The position numbers and the translations under genes are program-made. Under the pieces are notes generated by a model. It did not search any database, was not told the DNA's origin, and worked only from the letters and a program-made list of their open reading frames with translations. 64,000 bases of DNA from Vicugna vicugna. Lineage: Eukaryota. This document shows, piece after piece, positions 23,351 through 36,234 of this stretch; the stretch's first letter is position 1, and each line of letters opens with the position of its first letter. Location: assembly GCA_013265495.1 (NCBI GenBank), contig MU057887.1:2389576-2453575 (forward strand), given 5' to 3'.

Positions 23351-25010
23351 GTTCCCCCTTTTGATCAAGACCTTTCTTTGGAAAGGACCAGTGACCAAAC
23401 ATTTGGCTATTTGGCCTTGGCATCGACTTTCTTGGCGCTGGGGGAGACTCATTCCCAGAGATTCATGTCCCAGGGAAGAGGGAGGGGAAGAAGTGATTTG
23501 GGGAGAGGCGTGCTTTCAGAGTTTACGGCCACATCTGAGCAATAAGAAGCCACCTAGGAAGTAGGTGGAGTTCAAAAAACGAGAAGTGCAGGCCTCTTCG
23601 TTAGGAAGCCTCTTACAGATTCCTGTAAGGAGTGGTCCACCATCTCTGGATTACTATTCCTGTGGAGGGCGTTATAGTGCAGCAGTGAGAGATACACAGT
23701 GTACATGGTTTAAAAACCACAGACAGAACCAGTTAGAACAACAACTAGCGCACTGAACTGCAGTCTGGGCTGCAGTAAATCACCACGCCCGGAGAGGGGG
23801 CAGCCGAGGATTTCAGGTGTCAGGCTCGAAGCATCGTTTGTGGTTTGGAACGTCTCTGATGATGTCAGCAGGCGTCTAGGGAAACTCCGAGCAGCTCACG
23901 CCGCAGCAGCAGGCTGCCTGCGCACCAGCTGTCATGCACTTCTTGTCCAGCAATGCTTCCCAGGTAACTTAACGTGTCAAATGAGGCTCGTTAGTCTAAC
24001 GGCGGCCTTTTTATTAGGAGGGGGGACAAATCTTTGATCTATTGCAGGGGCCCTCGGAAATATTTAATATCTCAAAGCTAGTTCTGAGAAGTCAAAAAGA
24101 CTTCATTTAGAATTTGATTTGCAGAATTTTGTCAAAAATATCAAAAGTTTTTAAAACACTCGGTCAAACAGGATGATGCGTTGCTGTGAAACAATGCTTA
24201 GTTACCTATTTAACCAAAAGAACAAAGACTTCACAGGCAAATATAGAAGATTATACAGTTCTGAGCAAACCTTAGCTCTTTCAATATTGAGAGAACCAGG
24301 AGTACTTCAGCAACTAAGGACCTTATAAAGACGACATAGAAATAAGTAGTTATTTTGACAAAACACAAGATCTACGTTTATAATCTCTTATTATAAAGAG
24401 CACAACAAGAGGAAAAAACTTTGTCCTTTCAATAAAGAGAAAAATCAAATTTTAATTTTGCACTAGGTAACTTCTGATATTAAAACTCAACCACTTAATT
24501 AAATTTATTCCAATTGTAGCCAGTCCTGACCAGACCACATTAAAAAATCCTTTCGAAAGACTTAATCTTCTTTCACAAAATTTTACAACTTTCTATGTCC
24601 ATTTTGTTCCTTGTTTTCTTTCCCATTTAGAAATAACCAGCTTCAAGACAAAATCCCTTTTTTTCCTTAACAAAATACATCTCCATTTATTATACCTTCA
24701 GAGACAAGTTCCCTGTATAACAGGATGCTTTCCTTATTAATTTTAGCAGTTTTAAGTATATGAAGTAGAAATTCTAACTCCTAGGAGCCTTAATTTCTAG
24801 TGAAAACTAAGAAACAAGTAATTGTGAACTGTTTGTTGTATCACTGCTTTTTAGAATGTGGCACAAAACGTGTGTCTAATAGACTCAAAGATCTCTGGTT
24901 GTTTTGCAATAAGATGAACGTAGGCAAACTTAGACTTGCTTAGCAATCAAACTCAGACTTGTCTGATGACCTAGACATTCAATTAATTCTCATCATTTAA
25001 CTGAACTTTG
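23351..25010 (-). mobile_element. ERV1 non-autonomous internal sequence (MER4-group-int-like), 3' part only
   Basis: PPT followed by tgatcaagacctttctttggaaag and AT-rich MER4-group-like internal text; no gag/pol ORF. Confidence 0.7.
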
Positions 25011-25014
25011 AAGA

Positions 25015-25331
25015 CTTGAGAACTGGAGGGGCGGGGGGCCTTGGTGTAAGTCATGATCAGATCCTGAATCTGAAAGACCCAGAACCAGGAGTGCCACTGT
25101 CCAGTGGCAGGAATCCCAGCTTGAGCAGAGAGGGGGCCTGTCCCTCTTTTCATCTCCTCTGAGGATTAGATGCCAGCCACCTGCAGTGGGGAGGGTGGTG
25201 GGTACTCGGTCCCCTGATTCAAATGCTGACCTCCAGAAACGCCCTCACAGACACAGCCTAAAATGACGTTGCACCAGCTCTCTGGATACCCTTTGACTCA
25301 GTCAAGGGGACACATAAAATTAACCATCACA
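25015..25331 (-). mobile_element. MLT2-type LTR fragment
   Basis: Ends ...gattcaaatgctgacctccagaaacgccctcacagacac...cagtcaaggggacacataaaattaaccatcaca, the reverse of the MLT2 start tgtgatggttaatttt. Confidence 0.85.
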
Positions 25332-25699
25332 GCGGGTTATACCAGAAAACCTCTACATAAAATCAAGGAGTATTTTCAGTGGGAGTATTAAAAAATTCCA
25401 GAGGGGAACAGTGCCTGAGAGAATGCTGGTGTTTCATAGAGCAGGAAGGAAAAAGAAATAGTTCAGACTCAAGAATTCTGAACACAAGCCTTACTAGCAA
25501 AATTTATGGTGTGAGGTCGTATTCTGTGATCTGCACAACGCGACGTTAAACTTTTACTTAAAAGGGAGGCTTGGTTGGTAGTAACGCCCCTGCCAGGAAA
25601 GCAAATCCTCACTGGACGAAAAGTCTTTAAACCCAGCCCTAAGGGCACTCTCATGATAAATCAAAGTACAATCTCTCACTCCCACACCCACACAACCGC

Positions 25700-26520
25700 G
25701 AAACACTTCAGAACGTAACGCCCATGAATCAGTCATCAGAACAGTCGCAGAACGAACCCCGCACAAAACGAGGAAATGGAAATGATGAAACGGAGAATTT
25801 TCAGCGAATGTTAAGTAAATGTTAATTACACTTAAAGAAATAAGAAGACATTGGGAGGATAGGGCGGGGGGTCGGAAGGGAGGGGAAACTGTCCAAACAG
25901 CAAACAGGTCAAAACCAAACATGACAAACAGGATATTTGAAAATGAAAAGACAGCATTTGAATTTAGAAAGTCAAGTGTGGGTTTAGCAGTATTTTATGC
26001 TCGCTCAAATGTAACATCAGTGAACTGGGACATTAATATCAGGAAATTATAAGAATGTAATTCAGACAGACAAGTGTGAAAGAGAGATTAAGAGACTTAG
26101 AAAACACAATGAGAAGTTACACTATAACTCTAATTAGAGTTCCAAGAAGCGAAGGAAAAGAAAATGGGACAGAAGTGATATTTCAAAGAGAGGCTGGCCA
26201 AGAATTTTCCGGAACTTACGAATGATAACGACCCCCACGAGTCTCAATCAATCTAAAGTAAACGGAATAACAATAAGCCTGTGCTTAGACAAAGCATCAT
26301 AATACTTCAGGAAAACAGGGACGAAGGAAAGCTCTCAAAGGCAATCAGAAATAAAAGAGACATTACCTGCAGAAGGCCACGAACGGCGGCTGAGTTGCCT
26401 AAAGAGACACTGGAGGCCGGAAGTTATTAGAAAATGGTTTTCACGTGTTAAGCAAAAATCCCCGTCAACTTGGCATGGTATTCCCGAAGAACAGCGCTTC
26501 TAAGAATAGAGGACATTCAC
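25700..26520 (+). mobile_element. Old LINE-1 ORF1 region
   Basis: A-rich sense L1 text: ctaattagagttccaagaag...aaaatgggacagaagtgatatttcaaagag...agaattttccggaact...aaggcaatcagaaataaaag. Confidence 0.7.
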
Positions 26521-26539
26521 GTGTTTTGACATAAGCACA

Positions 26540-27170
26540 CTTGCCACACTGAGCCCAGGGAGGTCGGGCTTCATGGAGCCGCTCGAGCTGTGGCCAGCCC
26601 GGGCGGACCGTCTCTGCTGAGCAGCCAGGACATGAAGCTGGACCCCTAGAAGCACCAAGGGCTCCTTTCCTTGCATTTCCTCCCTTTCGGAGTGGAGTTG
26701 TCTAAAACTGTTATCTTATTTCTGTCCTGCTATTGCAGTTTGGGAGCCGACCACTTATTTCTGGCATTTCACAGGTTTACAGATGGAGGAGAACTTCCCC
26801 CAGGATGGATGGCAGGCTGATCTCCACCCTAAAGCTTACGTAATTTACGTGATCAGACTTAGAACTACTGAACGGATAAGAGTTTGATGAGCTTTTGGAC
26901 TTTGTGTTGGCGCCACAATGAATGGAGACTCCTGGGGACATCGGGACAGTGTGAGTGTGTTTTGCACGTGGGACAAACACGAGTGTTTGGAGGCCAGAAG
27001 GTGGGCTGTGGTAGGTATAATAATGCTCCTTCCCAAAGACCTTCACATCCTCATCCCCCAAACCCTTGAGCAGGTTTTGCTACATTGAAAAACTGTATGA
27101 TATAAATTCGTGTTGTTGGAAGCCATCGCATTTGTTGTAATTTATTACTGCAGAAATAGGAAACTAATGA
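26540..27170 (+). mobile_element. MaLR: MLT1-int 3' end plus internally deleted MLT1 LTR (27007-27170)
   Basis: ...tttggactttg...gtgttttgcacgtgggac...ggaggccagaaggtgggc|tgtggtagg...aaagaccttcacatcctcatcccc...gtaatttattactgcagaaataggaaactaat. Confidence 0.8.
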
Positions 27171-28560
27171 AATGAAAATTCTTGACTTAATATTAATAAC
27201 TGAAATTAAGCACTTAAATGAGTTTAACAGCCCATTCCTCTCATCAAAGAAAGGATTAGTGACCTGGGGTGTAGCTCAGTAGAAAAGACACAGACTGAAG
27301 ACAGAGAGCAAGAGGGATGAGAAACCAGAGGAAAAGCCTTGCTTCCAGAGATTAAAAGGTTAAAAAGAGGATATTATTAATGTTTTTGGATAAAAATGAA
27401 AATTAGTGTGATACATCTTAGAAAAATATGAATTGCAAATCAACTCCAGAAGAAACCATTATAGAACTTGAAACAGTAATTTTAAATATCCCCGTAAGGG
27501 TTCCTCAAGGCCCAGTCAGCTGCAGAGCAGTGCTCCAACCCTTCTTAAACAGAGAAAAATTCATTTTTTCCCAACCTCTTCCAGATTATGAAATAAGAAG
27601 GAAAGACTTGACCTTTCTCTTTATGAGATTGTTATAACATTGTTACCAAGTTCCCAGATAGATAGTACTGGAAATTAAATTACAGGCTAATGCAAAGGAT
27701 AAATCAAATGCAAATATCTTAAACAAAATATTAGTAAACTCAATCCAGTACAGGCAGACCTCGTTTATTGCCCTCCACAGACAGTGTGGGTTTTTTTGTT
27801 TTTTTGTTTTTTTGTTTTAACAAATGGAAGATTTGTAGCAACCATGTTTGGACAAGGCACCTTTTTTTTCCAAACAGCATTTGCTCCCTTCCTGACCTTT
27901 GTGTCACATTTCGGTAATTTGCACAGTGTTTCAGGCTTTTTCATTATTGTTCTGTTTGTGCTGGTGGTCTGTGATCTTTGATTTCACTGCTGTGACTCGC
28001 TGAAGGCTCAGATGATGCAGTTTTAGCAATAATGCGTTTTAACTAAGGTGTGTGCATTGCTTTTTTTTTTTAAGATATGAAACCATGGCACACTTAACAG
28101 ACTACTAAATGTAACTTTTATACGCACAGGGAAACCAAAAAAATCCACGTGACACTTCATTGTGATGTTCACTTTGTTGCCACAGTCTGGGGCCAAACCT
28201 GCAGTATCTCTGGGGTCTGCCTGTAACACATAAAATGCGTAATCCACTGTGACGAGATGGGGGTCATACCTGGAACACAAGTTTGTATAACATTAAAGTT
28301 AAACGAACTTACCATATTCTTAAAGTTAAGCTAACTTACCATATTAACAGATGAAAGTTGAAAAGCTGTCAAATCATACATACAGTAAGTTAGTCTCACA
28401 AAATCAGTATTCGTTCGTGATTACAAAGAAACTCTTTGCAAACTGAGAAGCACAGGGAACTGTCTTAGCCAGATGAATTGGGGGAAAAGCCCTACTACGT
28501 TAACCTTAGCACAGAGTGGTCCAATATTTGAAGCCAATCTTTGAATCTGGAAAGAGGAAA
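27171..28560 (+). mobile_element. Old LINE-1 ORF1/ORF2 (RT) fragments, interrupted by Tigger1
   Basis: gcaaatatcttaaacaaaatattagtaaactcaatccagta|...|taacacataaaatgcgtaatccactgtgacgagatgggggtcatacctggaacacaag continues the L1 RT region across the Tigger. Confidence 0.75.
27751..28223. mobile_element. Tigger1-derived non-autonomous DNA transposon (Tc1/mariner)
   Basis: Perfect 10-bp terminal inverted repeats caggcagacc...ggtctgcctg flanked by TA duplication (27749-50, 28224-25); internal Tigger1 motifs (ttttagcaataa, gggaaaccaaaaaa). Confidence 0.92.
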
Positions 28561-29369
28561 ATACGGGTCTGATGGAGACCAGCTTCAGGGAAGAACCATA
28601 GATGCAGCAACTCAGGTGTCAGGTTGGTCGTGTTTTGACAGCTGGGGCATCTTTTTCCATCTTGGAGCCTGAGGAGGACGTGGGGGTGGAGAGGCGACCC
28701 TGGAGGGGTGGAAGCCGAGCACCGGGCAGGCAGCCGGAGCACCTGCAGCCCGGGTGAGGAGCCCTTCCGGGAGGCACTGACTGACGGACAGCTGGAACGC
28801 ACGCACTTCTGCGTCTGTTTCCTCGCCTGCAAAAGTGGGGTGGTGCTGTCTAACTTGGGTCTTAGTTTATGAAGATTTAGCAAAATGTATGTAAATTGTG
28901 TTGCACATGAAAATAGACCCACAATCAGAAGCCAATACTATTTTTCTTACCATACTAGATTGCATTACGTGAAGTTGTGGATATCCTAGTGTCTTTGACA
29001 AACGAAAATGGCGTTGGTCTGTGCAGCCTGGCGGCTCCTGTCGGGGCGAATGCCAGCCACTTCTGCAGCCTGTGCCCCAGCTAGTGTCCACAGAGCTAAC
29101 ACCTCCACGTGGGCAGAGCTTGCGTCCTAAGATTCGGTGTTTTCTTTTTCTCCACAGTTTAATGTTTCTAATATTCGGGTAAGTTTTTACAAGCAAGGTT
29201 TCCGTGTAATGTCATTTTTCCCTTTATAACCAGAAAATCCATGATTAAATTGATGAAGTGCCTTACAATCTGCAGAGTCCCAGATTTGATTTCAGGCTCA
29301 ACACCATGGTGTGGGAACGACGTCAGAGGAGAAGAAATGGGATGATCCGCTAATATCTGCCGGCATCTG

Positions 29370-30500
29370 ATCGTTGTACTCTTGGCCCGAAAATTCCCGC
29401 AAGAGCATCCTCCGGGGCCCTTGGGGGAAGCAGCACCGGAGACGGACCCGTGCGCCGTGGCCGCCCGCCGCCCAGCGCCCGAGGCGCCAGGGAGTTACTC
29501 GCAGACGAACAGAGTCTTACGTTTCAGAGACTAAATGCAGGATGGTGCCTTCTTTCTCTGAAGTCCGTGGAGACCGCTCTGAAATAAGTGGGGTTTTATG
29601 TCTTCGTTATCCATGAAAGCTATTTAACTGCGCACACCTGGAACACAGATCAGTCGTACAGCTCGGGCAGCTCCGTGCTCCGGGGGCAGGAGCAGAGCCC
29701 GGACCAGCCTTGCTCACCCGGCCGGGCCGGCACGCCCCCGGGACAGCTGCAGGCAGGCCGTTCGGACCCCCAGGCCCGCCTGCGCCATCTGAACACCCTT
29801 CGATAGGGCGACTGCATGTCCCAGTTTGCTGAGGACAGTCTCCCAGTCCCGCCCAGCTGAGCGCTGCGGACCAGAGTTTCATCCTAAAACGCAGCGTCCC
29901 GACAACTGCGCCACAGCGAGCCGGCTCGGGCCCGCCACCTGCAGGGCCCGCTCCTCCCGCGTCGCCCGCGCTGCAGCCGGGACACACACGGCAGCCTCCC
30001 GCTCGGGGCCCTCCAGTGACGGGAGCGTGGAACGTGTGTGGGTGGGGGTGGCGGGCGCGGCCCCCCAGCCCCATGGGGAGGATGGACAGCCCTGCCGTGG
30101 CGGGTGTGGCTGCAGCCCAGGTGCTCCTGCGGCAGGTGTCTTTCGCTGTATGTTTGAATCTGTATGCGTCATTTTTGGAGACATCTATTTTGCAATGACT
30201 TTTACTATTGAGGCATTCAACAATAAAGCACCTGCTGAATGAAAATTAAGAACTGAATTCCTGCTTCTCCAGGAATGGCAGGTGCTCATGCATCTCCGGC
30301 AAGGTCGTCGGCACCCGCCCCGGCGTGGAAACCGGGCGACGCACGTGTCCAGAAGGAGCAGCCGCGTCTTCTTCAGAAGTCGGTCATTATGTCAAGGACG
30401 CCCCCAGAGAGGAGCGCGGATCCTGGGCCCCCGGGAAAGCAGACCCATTCCGCTCTGGGCGGCACGTGGGCTCAGTCCGCTCAGCCGACTTCTCAGATTT
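29370..30500. promoter_or_regulatory. CpG island 2
   Basis: CpG-dense unique sequence between AT-rich flanks; no coding exon evident. Confidence 0.75.
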
Positions 30501-31409
30501 ACTTCTGTCCGTTTTTCCAGTCTTCCTTGTTTCCGTCTAAAAGTAAAGCAGCGACCATTAACGTGTCGGGTGAACAATCCCCAAAGAGCATTGCAGCCAG
30601 TTAACTGGGAGTCTTACGTCCGTGCCATCGGATCCTAAAGCCAGTCAGTCAGTCCACTGGGTTTTAAAAAGCGAGCTTTGCTTGGTGCACGCACGTCACG
30701 ACATCACAGAAGAGCTGTGGGGTGTTTGCTGCGTGAAAGTCCTCTTACCTTATTGCGAAGCCTGCTGTAAGTTCTGCTACAAATGTAAACATGGAGAAGA
30801 AAATCACATTTTTGTAGAGAAATTTTAAAAAACTTTGATGGAGCATAGAGTTGTGGTGAAAAAGCAGGTTTCAACAGACTGAGAAACTATGGAACCCTTG
30901 TGCCTCCTAACAACGTTCAAATCGTGGTGTCATACAGCCCAAGGTTTACACATATTTCTGTGTCTCCACAGCTAAGTCAGCCCAGCACGTTTAATAACAA
31001 GGCTGATTTTGGATGTGAAAACTCTTCAGGCACTATCATTGTGGCCCACACTCAACGGGGTCTTAACAGTATTTGTACTGTATAAATCAAACTAAGGGGC
31101 CCACAATGGTAGCAAAATTTTTGTAAAGAAACCCTCCACATTTCAGCTACATTTTGTTCAAAACTCTTTGATTTTAGAAACCTTTAATGAAAGAATTCCA
31201 CATATGCAATGCCAAAAATCACGTGAGATTTAAAGCTTTTAGCAATTTGAAATTATCTAGCTATTCACCTACCCTAAAACAAGCAAGAAGCTGATTGTAT
31301 TAAACGCTGAGAGTTCAACAGGTAATAAGATTTAATTCTGACACTCTATAATTGCAGTTTGGAATCTGTCAACAACGTGTGAGAAAAAGCTTTTGGTGAA
31401 ACTCCTGTT

Positions 31410-34400
31410 TCCTTAACATTTTGTTATGGAAAGTCTCATACACACAGAAGAGTTGCAAAAATGTGACATACACCCACCACTTCTGTTGTACCATTAACAA
31501 TTTATTACACTCGTTTTCACAAATCTATCCGTCTTTTTACTCACTTATCAATCCGTTGTATTTTTTGAATTCATTTTAATGTAAGTTGTAGACATCAGAA
31601 TGTTTCATTCTTAAATATTTCTGCATGCAGACAGCTAACTCAACTTGATATATGTTTATAATTCTGTTCAACTAGAATTTGTGTGCTGTTAAGCACACGC
31701 TCTTCTGGGTAGTATTTGATGAATTTTGGTAAATATGCTGACCACGCCAAAAGTATTCATTTTCCCATTTCTCCTGTCTGCTCCACCTCCAGCCCAAGCG
31801 GCAACCACTTCTCTGATTTCTTTCCCCATAGGCTGGTACAATCTGCTCTAGGACCTCACAGAAATGAAATCATGCGGTGTAGCCTTTTGGGGGAAGGTTT
31901 CTTTCACTCGGCATGATTCTGGGATTCATCCATGTGATTGTATATGTCATGAGTATTTTATGCTTCCTTTTCATTGCTGAACATACAACAGTTTGTTTAC
32001 GTTACGAATATACCACAGTTTGCTGATCAATTACCCTGTTGATGGACACATGGGCTGCTTCCAGTTTGGGGCTATTATGAATAAAACTATTTGGAACATT
32101 CTTGAGTAAGTCTTTTTATAGGCATGTGATTTCATTTCGTGGGCATATGTTTGTTTTGGGAGAAACTGCCCAATATTTTCCAGAGTGGTTATAGCATTCG
32201 GAAATGTCACCAAAATGTACAAGAGTTCCGGCTGATTCACATCCTCGCCAGCGTCTGGTGCTGTCGGTGGCTTTAGCTTCAGCTGTCTTGTCGATTGTGA
32301 GTGAGCGATACACCTTACTGTGGTTTACACTTGCGCTTCCTGATAGCGAAGCATGCGGAGCACGTTTTCACGTGCTTACTGACCATTTGCGCATCTTCCT
32401 TGAAACCTGCAGCTCATTTTGGGTTAGGTTGTTCGCTCCTCCATCCCTGAGTTTCAGGCGTCCTTTAGGCAGCCTTGACGAAAGCTCTTGTTCAGAAACA
32501 TACTTTGCATGTATTTTCTTCCAGTATGTGCTTACTTATTCACTTTCTTAAGACTGTCTTTTAACGAGAAGGCATAAATTTGATGAAATCAAATCAATTA
32601 TCTCTGATTTTTTTTGTGTGTATCATCTTCTGTAAGTTAAGAAAGCTTTGCGTATCTTCGGGCCGTGACGTTGTCTTTTGTGTTTTCTTCCAGTGCCTTT
32701 ATGGTGTTCCATTTTCGCATACACTGTGTGGCTCCAAAGTTGAGGTTTACTTTTTCCTAAAGGTACCCTGTTGTCCCAGCGCCATTTGTTTAAACGACTT
32801 TCCTTTCTACATCGCACTGCTTTGGTGCTGCTCCTCGGAAACTAATGGACTTTGTCCAGGGGCTTTTCTCCATCTCAGTGACCGATCTTTCTATTCTTAT
32901 ACAAGTTCCAAATGTTCCTAATCACTGCAGCTTTATAGTAAGTTTGGAGTCAGACAGTGTCAGTTTTCTAAGTGCCCTTCTTTTTTTCTTCAGGATTTCT
33001 TTTAATAATCTAAATATTCATTTCTTTATAAAGTATTGAACTAAGTTGGCAAATGCTACAAAAACGCTTTGCAGAATCATTTCAGGGACTGCATGGAATT
33101 TAAAAATCATTTCAGGGGTGAGTGATAGCTGACACATGGTTTGAGTCTTCAGTTCTTGGAGAAGGTATATCCTCTCTTTTATTATGGATTTGGGCTATTC
33201 AGGTTTTCTTTTTTATATTGAGTTAATTCTGATACATTTTATTTCAATAAATTTACCTAGTTTGTCAAATATATTGACAAAGAAGTCTTCAAAATGTTCC
33301 TTATTTCCCTAAATATCCATAGGACCTACAGTTACGTCCTCTCTTTTATTCACATTATCCCTAATTTGTATTCTCTCTTTTTTCATGAATCATTTAGAAG
33401 TTTATCAACTCTTTGATCTTCAGAAAATCAACCAGTGGACTCATTAATTTCATGGTCATTTTTCTTTTCCCTAATTGTTGATTTCAATTCTTATCTTGAC
33501 GTCCTTATTCTTACTTTGAGTTAACTTTCCTTCTATTTTTAGCTTCTGAAGAGGAACTTTATCTACACCGTTATTTTGTAACATGAGTGTTTAATGCTAT
33601 ACGTTTCCCTAAAGCGCTGCTTTAACTGCGCCCTGCAGATTTTTAACGTGTTGCATTTTCCCGGTAGGTATAATGCCCTGTACCCCTGCATCTCGTTTTG
33701 CCCTGTGGTTGTCTAGGGGGGCACTGTTTGATTCCCACACGGATGGGCTTTTCCAGGCATTACGTTGTCGCTGATTTCCAGCAATTCCATTTTGGTCGGA
33801 GAACATATTCCACAGTATTAAAATCATTTACCTTTACTTCACTGTTTTTGGCCCAGAACACGGTTTATCTTGGTGATCACACCATGTGCATCCTTGAAAA
33901 GAACGTGGGTGTGGCCACTGTGTGTAATGCTCCATTAGCATCCACGTGGTGAGGGTGATGGACAGTCTGGTTCAGGCCTTGTGTGTCAATAGTAATGTTT
34001 GTTCTGTGTGGTCTATTGATTGCTGAGAGAGGGGCATTAAAGTCTCCAACCATGACTGCATATTTGTCTATTTTCCCTTCAAATGTATGAGTTTTTTCCA
34101 TTTGTAGTTTTAAGCTCAATTTATAGGCACATCCACGTGTATGACTGTTATGCCTTCCTGAAGAATTTGACTTTTTGTCACTAGGAAATCCTCCTCTTTA
34201 TCCCTGCTAAGACTCTCTGTCCTGAGGTGACTTCATCTGACAAGAGCCCTTCCAGTGCCCTGACACTAACTGCTTGCAAGACACATACTTTCCATTCCAT
34301 TTGCATCCTTTTTCCTATCTGCATCTTTATATTTCAGGAACCCTTCCTAGAGAAAGTGTATAGCTGGGTCATGCATTTTTTTTACTCTGAAAAATTCCTT

Positions 34401-34900
34401 TATTTTGTTGGAGCATTGAGTCAATTTACATGAATGCAGACACTGAGTAGTGTGATTTAGTTCATCGATTTGCTGTTCGCGCCACCTGATTTTCCCTTCT
34501 GTTTTGCCTTTCATAACTCACGTTGAGTTAAAAGGATGTAGAAGTAGACGTAGGCATTTGGGTGTATCGTGGTTACTCTAGATTGTTATTTATACCTTTA
34601 ATTTTTTACAGTATATTCAGTATCAAAATTGTGTCACTGCATATATAATATAATCTTGAAAACTTGTAAGTCCACTTACCTTCACCTGATCTTTCGTGCC
34701 TCAGTTACCATGTGTATTATATCTACATATGTTATAAATCCCATAACGTAATACTCTAAGTTTTGCTTTAAACCATTATATGTATTTCAAAGAAATAAAG
34801 AAGAAAATAAAGTCCAAACATTTATCCACTTACTTTCTCTTTAGTCTTTCCTAAAGATTCAAGTTTCCATCCTGTAGTACTTCTGTTTAGGGTAAAGAAT
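31410..34900 (-). mobile_element. Old LINE-1 (L1M), 3' UTR to endonuclease/ORF1, with deletions
   Basis: ORF 32031-32240 ends IIAPNWKQPMCPSTG (ORF2 C-terminus); ORF 33877-34119 contains VGDFNAPLS (endonuclease motif). Confidence 0.88.
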
Positions 34901-35429
34901 TTAGTACAGTGTACGCTTGTGATACACTGACGTATTTCAGTAAAGGTTAGACGTAAGAATATCCACATCGGGAAGAAACTGATCAGAACTTACCAGATGC
35001 ATCAGTGCTTATAGAGAAAATGTTTTCAATATTTCAGTATAAACTATTGATATAAAGAGAAGGATCATTTGAATTTTTCATCACTTTCAAGTATATTATT
35101 CATAAAATTCAACTTAGAAAAATATTACAGACACTGTTTCAAAAATAGTAAAATCAAAATCACGTTAAACATACATTGTTAAGAAAAATGCTAGTAACAT
35201 ATATTTAACACAGACACAGCTAAAAAAATTGACCATGAATGCATATCAAAATTAATTACTAAACTGCTGTTTTAGTTTAAAATTAAAATAATCAATACAC
35301 AAAACTTTTAAAATTGTGCTTTAATTATCACAAAAATATGCTATATTTTGGGAATGAATTTAATTTTTAAAAACGATTTTTGAATAGAATTATTTTATAG
35401 GCCTATCAATATAATAATGAAACCAATCG

Positions 35430-35620
35430 GTCTGTGTGTATATACACATATGTGTGCACATATGTACATATTTATATATAATAACATACATATTGTTCTC
35501 TCTATATACATACAGTTTTATTTTTTAAAGTCATGTGTATACAATAATTACTTGTAAATAATATATAAAAACATATAATTAATTAAATAATAAATAATAA
35601 ATAAAAATAAAAAAAAATAA
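35430..35620. repeat. AT-rich low-complexity/(TA)n and (AAAT)n
   Basis: tatatacacatatgtgtgcacatatgtacatatttatatata...aaataataaataataaataaaaataaaaaaaa. Confidence 0.8.
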
Positions 35621-36234
35621 TTACTTGTATTGCTCCCTGCCATTTATTCTCAAATATGTCTTAATTTCACTGATGAATGATATAAGCACCTTACCTTTAA
35701 ATTTCCAGCGACCGCAGGAATGAAAAGATTTCTAACAATTGCTTCCATAGACGAGCGCTCTCTGTTTCGCCAGAAAGTGGCAAGTCCTGCTTCTGTCCAG
35801 GCTGAGGCTCCGGCCCCGGGGGCAGAGCAGGGCTGTGGTGTTGTCCTGACCCCGGGCTCCCCTGCAGCTCTGAGCCCGGCCCCGTGCTCTGCGGGATGTG
35901 TCCCAGGCGCAGAGCTCAGGCAGGCCCGCCACCTGTCACCCAGCCCTGGAGAGTGTCCTCGGGGAAGGTCACCTGACCTGCACCCTGTGAGCCCTGAGCC
36001 CTAGCGAGGGGCGGCTCAGGCGTGGACTGGGAGGGCCATGGGCCTGTAGGCTGCTGGCCGCTTTATTATTCGTGCTACTTTTTCCTTTTTCTTCTGGTGC
36101 ATGGAGCCGGGAGAAAGAGGTCGAAGGCCAAGGAAGCTCGCCGCTGCTCTTTGAAGTCTACTGTTACAGGTTTCTGCAGCTAAGCTCTTATGTCTTTTGT
36201 TTTCATTTGAAGTATCAGTTAATTTTCTAATTAA

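Noticed and set aside
2326..25331. Two MLT2 fragments as paired LTRs of one 23-kb provirus
   Set aside because: No ERVL internal sequence between them; the interval holds unique DNA and older repeats.
27266..27285. tRNA-like ggggtgtagctcagtag
   Set aside because: No B-box or cloverleaf follows; it is embedded in L1 ORF1-like sequence.
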